Source: Dethiobacter alkaliphilus
Lineage (GTDB): Bacteria; Bacillota; Dethiobacteria; DTU022; UBA8154
Length of the DNA stretch: 64,000 nt
Assembly: GCA_016841605.1 (NCBI GenBank)
Contig: JAENYV010000001.1
Span: 429,056-493,055, forward strand
Direction of reading: 5' to 3'
Each line of letters starts with the position of its first letter. Position 1 is the first letter of the stretch. Below are positions 58,875-64,000 of this stretch, piece by piece. The notes beneath the pieces are model-generated. The model ran no database searches and had not been told where the DNA came from. It saw nothing but the letters and a program-made list of their open reading frames with translations. The position numbers and the translations under genes were made by a program.

Positions 58875-59027
58875 ATGGAAAGGATTTTTTGGGTTAAATG
58901 TCCGAAATGCGGTGATCGTTTTTGCTGTGATTATGAATTACGACATTCGAAACTCAAGTTAATCTGCCCGTTTTGTCTTGAACAGTTCCTTGATGTAGAT
59001 AGTTTGGAAATTGATGAACGTCTTTAG
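58875..59027 (+). CDS. Unlisted 50-aa Cys4 zinc-ribbon mini-protein
   Basis: Its sequence is MERIFWVKCPKCGDRFCCDYELRHSKLKLICPFCLEQFLDVDSLEIDERL. The GGGAGG RBS lies 9 nt upstream. The gene starts 19 nt after the UbiD stop codon. CPKC and CPFC form a knuckle pair. Confidence 0.6.
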   Translation: MERIFWVKCPKCGDRFCCDYELRHSKLKLICPFCLEQFLDVDSLEIDERL

Positions 59028-59227
59028 TAGAATGTTCCCGAAAGTTAAATTGTTATTGATTGCCTTTCCGGGAAAGTGTACAAGCAAGGTGAGCTTTTTT
59101 TCCTGTGTTAGCCGGACCTTGAGGCAATCGACCAAAAATTGTTCTATGCAAATAAGGGGGTGAAATATGGTAGTATATCGAACAATATTAACAAGTGTAG
59201 TTATTAATAAAAAAGAGGAGGGTCTTT

Positions 59228-60304
59228 ATGAAAAAGAAGTACTTACTTATAACGGTTTGTTTGCTTGTGCTGGCTTTAGTAATGCAAGTTACCGGTTGTG
59301 CTAATAAACCGGAAGAAGAAAATATAGGGGCCGGCGGGACAGAAGAGGCAGAAGGGTTACCCTCAATGTTAACTATCGGTACTCACGCTATGAGTTCGCT
59401 TTTTAATGCAATGGGATCCGGGATCGCTACAGTGGCGAGCAAGCATACTCCTGTGGAAGTTAAAGCGATAGCTACATCCGGGCCAATCGAGTGGTTTCCC
59501 ATGTTTCTAAACGGAGAAATGGATATGGGAGTTTTAAATTGTTGGGACGCCAAAATGGGCTGGCTTGGGCAATCGGATTATGGGAATATCTCTCAAGGCA
59601 AAGGCTTTCCTGTCCGCCTGCTGACCAACGGTGCTTTCTCCATTTATAGTGCCGTTGTGGCAGAAGATTCAGGTATAAAAACCGCTCAGGATCTTAAAGG
59701 TAAAAATTTTATTTTAAATTATACCGGCGCGGCAGGTATTACCGCCCAGTCCAAGGCATTTTTAGCAAATCATAACTTAACTGAAGATGATGTGAATGTT
59801 ATCTCTGTTCCCGGCATTTCAGACGGTGTTAAGGCGATTATTGAAAGGCGTGCAGATTGCGCCGGTTCGGCCAATATCGGGTTTGCCCTTGTAGAAGAAT
59901 TAGAGGCAACAAGAGGAGCGCGTTTTTTAGGCTTTGATCCTTCTCCTGAGGCAGTAGAACGTGCACAAAAAGAATTTACGTTATATCCCATTGATGTCGA
60001 GCCGGGACCGGGATTTACCGGAGTGAGGGAACCTATTACAATGATGGCATATGATATTTATCTGGTTGGACGCACAGATCTCTCTGATGAAGCAGCGTAT
60101 ACTATTGTTAAAGCCCTTTGGGAAAACAACGAGGAGCTAGGTGCCATCCATCCGAGATTAAAAGAGTGGAAGACTGAAAGATTTGTATCTGAACAAGCTA
60201 CTATACCTTATCATCCCGGCGCAATTAAATTCTATAAAGAAAAAGGCATCTGGAACGAACAAATGGATGCTTTGCAGGAAGAGCTTCTTTCCTTAAAGCA
60301 ATAG
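59228..60304 (+). CDS. TAXI-family TRAP transporter solute-binding lipoprotein
   Basis: The lipobox is 'LVMQVTGC'. A TAXI-like core, 'LTIGTHAMSSLFNAMGSGIATV', and 'YHPGAIKFYKEKG' are present. Confidence 0.8.
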   Translation: MKKKYLLITVCLLVLALVMQVTGCANKPEEENIGAGGTEEAEGLPSMLTIGTHAMSSLFNAMGSGIATVASKHTPVEVKAIATSGPIEWFPMFLNGEMDMGVLNCWDAKMGWLGQSDYGNISQGKGFPVRLLTNGAFSIYSAVVAEDSGIKTAQDLKGKNFILNYTGAAGITAQSKAFLANHNLTEDDVNVISVPGISDGVKAIIERRADCAGSANIGFALVEELEATRGARFLGFDPSPEAVERAQKEFTLYPIDVEPGPGFTGVREPITMMAYDIYLVGRTDLSDEAAYTIVKALWENNEELGAIHPRLKEWKTERFVSEQATIPYHPGAIKFYKEKGIWNEQMDALQEELLSLKQ

Positions 60305-60392
60305 AAATCTACGCTATGGAGGAGGTATGGGGTTTGCGGTGAGTGAGTAAGCCCCTGCCCTCCTCTTCAGTTAATGATAGGGAGGGATAATA

Positions 60393-62324
60393 ATGGCAGA
60401 GGAAAAACAGCGCTATCGTACGTTAAAAGGGCCGGCCCGTCTATATCAAAAAATAATCGGCCTATTAATACCAATTATAGGGATTATTTTTATCATAAAT
60501 ATACCCCTGTACTTTGGATTATCGCTTTTTAACCAACAGTTTTTGGGATTATTTTTAGGACTTCTAATGGCATTGATGTTTATAATAATGCCGCCATTTA
60601 CTAACTCTTCCCGCAATACGCTCCCCTGGTACGACCTTGCTTTTTCTTTGTTAAGTCTTTTTTCCGGTGTGTATATATTTATCTGTTATCCGAATCTGAT
60701 CAGTACGATCGGACTGATAACGCCGTTCAGAGTTGTAATGGGCATTATTGTAATATTTCTGGTAATCGAAGGGACAAGAAGAGCTAGCGGTTGGACTTTA
60801 GTCAGTGTTATCTTGTTCTTTATAGCCTATTTTAAATTTGGGCATTTGTTTCCGGGAGTATTGGAAATTCAAAATATTTCCTGGCCAAGAATGATAACAC
60901 AGTTGTTCCTGGGCGCAGATTCCATTTATGGTGTAGCTCTGCGTACTGCCGCAATAATTGTGTTTGGTTTTATCCTCTTTGCCCAAGTTATGTTCGGAAC
61001 CGGAGGGGCAAAATTTTTGTTCGGCCTGGCTGAATCAGCAATGGGGCGCTACCGGGGGGGGCCTGCCAAAGCAGGCATTTTGGCCAGTGCGTTTTTTGGT
61101 ATGTTGTCCGGCAGCGCTGTGGCCAATGTAGCTGCAACAGGGACGCTTACTATTCCCATGATGAAAGATGTTGGGTATAAGCCTTATTTTGCTGCAGCCG
61201 TATCAGCGGTGGCTTCGACGGGGGGAGTCATTACCCCGCCGATTATGGGTGCGGCCGCCTTTATTATTTCGGAATTTCTCGGTGTACCTTATGCAGACGT
61301 GTTGTATATCGCCATAGTTCCGGCAGCATTATTTTATATTAGTCTTTTTATGCAGGTTGATCTCAGGGCTTCCAAAAACGGGCTTAAAGGAATGCCTCCC
61401 GAGCAAGTACCCTCTTTAATTAAAGTATTAAAAGGAGGTTGGTTTTTTTTAATTCCCATAGTGGTTCTTATTTACGTTATCTTCATTCTCTATTTAAGAC
61501 CGGAAACCGCGGCTCTCTATTCGCTGGCTTCATTGCTGATAGTCAGTCTATTGAAAAAAGATCTCCGGGTTAAGTTAAAGGACTTTGCCGGCTTTCTGGA
61601 GAACACCAGCCGAAGCATGCTGGAAGTAGCTATCATCTGCGGTGCGGCCGGGCTTGTCATCGGTGTCATAACTTATAGCGGTTTAGGTCTTACCCTGTCT
61701 CGGGTTTTAACAGAGATGGCCGGAAATAGTCTTTTGCTTCTAACGATTATGACAGCGATAGCCAGTGTAATATTGGGAATGGGGATGCCTGCTACAGCAG
61801 CATATTTGCTTTTGGCGCTTCTCGTGGCTCCCGCATTAATCGAAATAGGAGTAAACCCTTTGCTTGCTCATTTATTTATTTTTTATTTCGGTTGTTTTTC
61901 CTTTATTACTCCACCGGTTTGTCTGGCTACTTATGCCGCAGCATCCATAGCCGGTTCGAATCTTATGAATACGGCTGTTCAAGGAATAAAACTGGCAATC
62001 CCGGCCTTTGTTGTTCCCTTTATCTTTATTTTTAATCCTCCCGTGGCACTGGACGGGACTACGATAGAAATTGTAAGGGAATTGTTTTTTGCGGTTATTG
62101 CTGTGTTTGCAATGAGTATAGCCCTTGAAGGTTTTTTGAGAAAAGAAAAAAGTATGGTGGGCAGGTTTTTGTTCGGTATAATTTCACTATGCCTGTTCTT
62201 ACCGCTTCCTCCGACAATTTCTTTTGTAGCAGTTGTAGTTTTTGTAATTTTAGTAATTGCTGAATATCTGCCTGCCGGTAAACACTTAATAATAAATAAA
62301 AAGATATCAGGGGCAAAGGAATAA
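60393..62324 (+). CDS. TRAP transporter fused (small+large) permease, TAXI type
   Basis: The 643-aa protein is highly hydrophobic. Motifs are 'GGPAKAGILASAFFGMLSGSAVANVAATG' and 'ITPPVCLATYAAASIAG'. Confidence 0.85.
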   Translation: MAEEKQRYRTLKGPARLYQKIIGLLIPIIGIIFIINIPLYFGLSLFNQQFLGLFLGLLMALMFIIMPPFTNSSRNTLPWYDLAFSLLSLFSGVYIFICYPNLISTIGLITPFRVVMGIIVIFLVIEGTRRASGWTLVSVILFFIAYFKFGHLFPGVLEIQNISWPRMITQLFLGADSIYGVALRTAAIIVFGFILFAQVMFGTGGAKFLFGLAESAMGRYRGGPAKAGILASAFFGMLSGSAVANVAATGTLTIPMMKDVGYKPYFAAAVSAVASTGGVITPPIMGAAAFIISEFLGVPYADVLYIAIVPAALFYISLFMQVDLRASKNGLKGMPPEQVPSLIKVLKGGWFFLIPIVVLIYVIFILYLRPETAALYSLASLLIVSLLKKDLRVKLKDFAGFLENTSRSMLEVAIICGAAGLVIGVITYSGLGLTLSRVLTEMAGNSLLLLTIMTAIASVILGMGMPATAAYLLLALLVAPALIEIGVNPLLAHLFIFYFGCFSFITPPVCLATYAAASIAGSNLMNTAVQGIKLAIPAFVVPFIFIFNPPVALDGTTIEIVRELFFAVIAVFAMSIALEGFLRKEKSMVGRFLFGIISLCLFLPLPPTISFVAVVVFVILVIAEYLPAGKHLIINKKISGAKE

Positions 62325-62421
62325 AATAACATAAAAAGCAGCAGTTATGGAGAAGTAAAAGAAGGAGAAATTATTGTTGATCTCGAAGTAGCAATTATCC
62401 TGGATAGAGAGGTTGTCGTGG

Positions 62422-62958
62422 ATGGATCTGCAGGAAAAGACAATTGAGAGCAGGAAGGTGTATGATGGTAAAGTAATCCGCGTTCGTCTGGATAAGGTTC
62501 TCCTTCCCGACGGAAGAGAAGGTATGCGCGAGATCGTGGAACATAGCGGAGCTGTTGCAGTTGTTCCGGTGGACCACGATAACAGGGTGTATTTTGTCCG
62601 CCAGTACCGCAAACCTTTGGAAAAATTACTGCTGGAGATACCCGCGGGAAAGCTGGAGCCGGGGGAAGATCCGCAGGAGTGCGCCAAACGGGAACTTGCG
62701 GAGGAGATCGGTTTTACCCCGGGAGAACTCAGACAAATGTCCTTTATGTATTCTTCACCCGGATTTTCCGATGAGAAAATTTATCTTTACCTGGCCCGGG
62801 ACCTGACCAGGTACCGGTTGGAAAATGACGAAGGAGAATTCCTGGAGGTAGAGTGTATTCCTCTTGCTGATGCTCTTGATATGGTTTTAGACGGAACTAT
62901 TGAAGATGGAAAAACGATTGCCGGTATACTTTTAGCCTCGCACTTTCTTTCCCTGTAA
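62422..62958 (+). CDS. nudF: NUDIX hydrolase, ADP-ribose pyrophosphatase-like
   Basis: The Nudix box is 'GKLEPGEDPQECAKRELAEEIGF'. The ORF track opens at a TTG at 62413. Confidence 0.8.
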   Translation: MDLQEKTIESRKVYDGKVIRVRLDKVLLPDGREGMREIVEHSGAVAVVPVDHDNRVYFVRQYRKPLEKLLLEIPAGKLEPGEDPQECAKRELAEEIGFTPGELRQMSFMYSSPGFSDEKIYLYLARDLTRYRLENDEGEFLEVECIPLADALDMVLDGTIEDGKTIAGILLASHFLSL

Positions 62959-62993
62959 ATCAAACGTAAAGACAGGGCAGAGAGAAGAAGGAG

Positions 62994-63053
62994 ATGGGCT
63001 TATCCACGGCGAAGATTAACCGGCCGGTAAGTGATAAAAAGCCCATTTTTTTT
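62994..63053 (+). terminator. Intrinsic terminator after nudF
   Basis: The stem ATGGGCTT/AAGCCCAT has a long loop and is followed by T8. Confidence 0.5.
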
Positions 63054-63089
63054 AGAAGAACTTTATAATCATAAAGGTTGGTGAGAGGG

Positions 63090-64000
63090 ATGGAAAAGTT
63101 TTTCAAACGCTCCTGCCTGCAGCAGATTACTCCTTATGTCCCGGGAAAGCCTGTGGAAGAATTGGAAAGGGAGTTTGGTTTAAAAAACATTATTAAAATG
63201 GCTTCCAACGAGAACCCTCTGGGGCCTTCCCCCATGGCGTTGGAAGCTGTTCGTAACTTTCTCTCCGGGATGAACTTTTATCCCGACGGAAATGCCTTTC
63301 TTTTGAAAAAGGATTTGGCAAGTTACCTCGGTTTACAGGAAGAAAACATCATTCCAGGTAACGGTGCGGACGAACTCATTACCCTTGTGGGAGCTGCCTA
63401 TTTAAATCCGGGTGATGAAATTATCATGGCGCATCCTTCTTTCTCATGTTACGAATTTTCAGCCTTTTTAATGGATGCAGTTCCCCGGCGGATTTGTACC
63501 AGAGATTTTCACTTTGATCTGGAGGCCATGGCCGCTGCGGTTACTTCTAAAACCAGGATTATCTTTATCTGCAACCCTAATAACCCTACCGGGACGATTG
63601 TTACCCACCGCCAATTGGAATCATTTTTAAAGAATTTACCACCGGAAGTCCTCGTGGTAATTGATGAGGCGTACAATGAATACGTTACGGATCCGGATTA
63701 CCCATCCAGCCTGAGTTTTCTTGATGAAGGGTTAAATATCCTTATTTTGCGCACTTTTTCCAAAATATATGGTCTGGCCGGTTTGAGAATCGGCTACGGC
63801 CTGGCCGGCCGGGAAGTTATTGCAGACCTTAACTCCGTGCGGGAGCCCTTTAACGTCAACGCCGCGGCCCAGGTCGCTGCCCGGGCCGCGCTGCGGGATA
63901 CGGAGCACATCAGGGCCGGCCGGGAGTTGAATCTTCGGGCCAAGGAATACCTCTACAAGGAGTTTAAACGGCTGGGCCTCCCTTATGTGCCGACGGAAGC
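63090..64000 (+). CDS. hisC: Histidinol-phosphate aminotransferase, 5' part (runs off the window)
   Basis: My own translation from the ATG at 63090 gives 'MEKFFKRSCLQQITPYVPGKPVEE', 'MASNENPLGPSP', 'ICNPNNPTGT' and 'LRTFSKIYGLAGLRIGY'. No stop codon occurs before 64000. Confidence 0.88.
   Translation, partial: MEKFFKRSCLQQITPYVPGKPVEELEREFGLKNIIKMASNENPLGPSPMALEAVRNFLSGMNFYPDGNAFLLKKDLASYLGLQEENIIPGNGADELITLVGAAYLNPGDEIIMAHPSFSCYEFSAFLMDAVPRRICTRDFHFDLEAMAAAVTSKTRIIFICNPNNPTGTIVTHRQLESFLKNLPPEVLVVIDEAYNEYVTDPDYPSSLSFLDEGLNILILRTFSKIYGLAGLRIGYGLAGREVIADLNSVREPFNVNAAAQVAARAALRDTEHIRAGRELNLRAKEYLYKEFKRLGLPYVPTE

Overview
This 64-kb chromosomal window appears to come from a spore-forming, S-layer-bearing anaerobic Firmicute. 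That placement is an inference from gene content: prkA/yhbH/spoVR/pdaB, an SLH protein, and an anaerobe-type nif cluster. No rRNA, tRNA, CRISPR array, transposase or integrase was recognised.

Layout from left to right:
(1) 0.3-12 kb is a rearranged accessory stretch. It holds a frameshifted MalT/LuxR-type regulator, a roughly 1960-aa beta-helix/MBG/Ig/SLH surface protein, sfsA, two convergent type II toxin-antitoxin pairs, and a 130-bp relic of a second LuxR gene.
(2) 12.0-21.2 kb is a compact nifH-nifI1-nifI2-nifD-nifK-nifE-nifN-nifB cluster plus an AnfO-like gene. It looks G+C-rich by eye and is preceded by four tandem terminator-like hairpin modules.
(3) 21.6-23.2 kb holds amt-glnK.
(4) 23.2-27.2 kb is a low-GC accessory patch flanked by short repeat arrays. 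It encodes a flavodoxin-like reductase, a GyrI-like protein, an FAD oxidoreductase and a GNAT-thioredoxin-like fusion.
(5) 27.3-30.7 kb holds an ECF sigma factor, an anti-sigma factor and an ABC-2 exporter.
(6) 30.8-40.9 kb holds an orphan carB, an APC permease, pdaB and yhbH-spoVR-prkA.
(7) 41.2-62.3 kb is the most interesting part. Four UbiD-family (de)carboxylase genes sit here, including a ppcBCAD-like four-subunit set. They are interleaved with apparently everything needed to make prenylated FMN: type-2 IPP isomerase, an LpdD-like chaperone, an archaeal-type riboflavin kinase-HAD fusion and UbiX. The region also contains a UPF0261 ATP-binding protein, GAF-PucR and LysR regulators, a previously uncalled 50-aa Cys4 mini-protein, and a TAXI-TRAP transporter.
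(8) The right end holds nudF and the start of hisC.

All functional calls rest on by-eye motif and family recognition. No database search was run.
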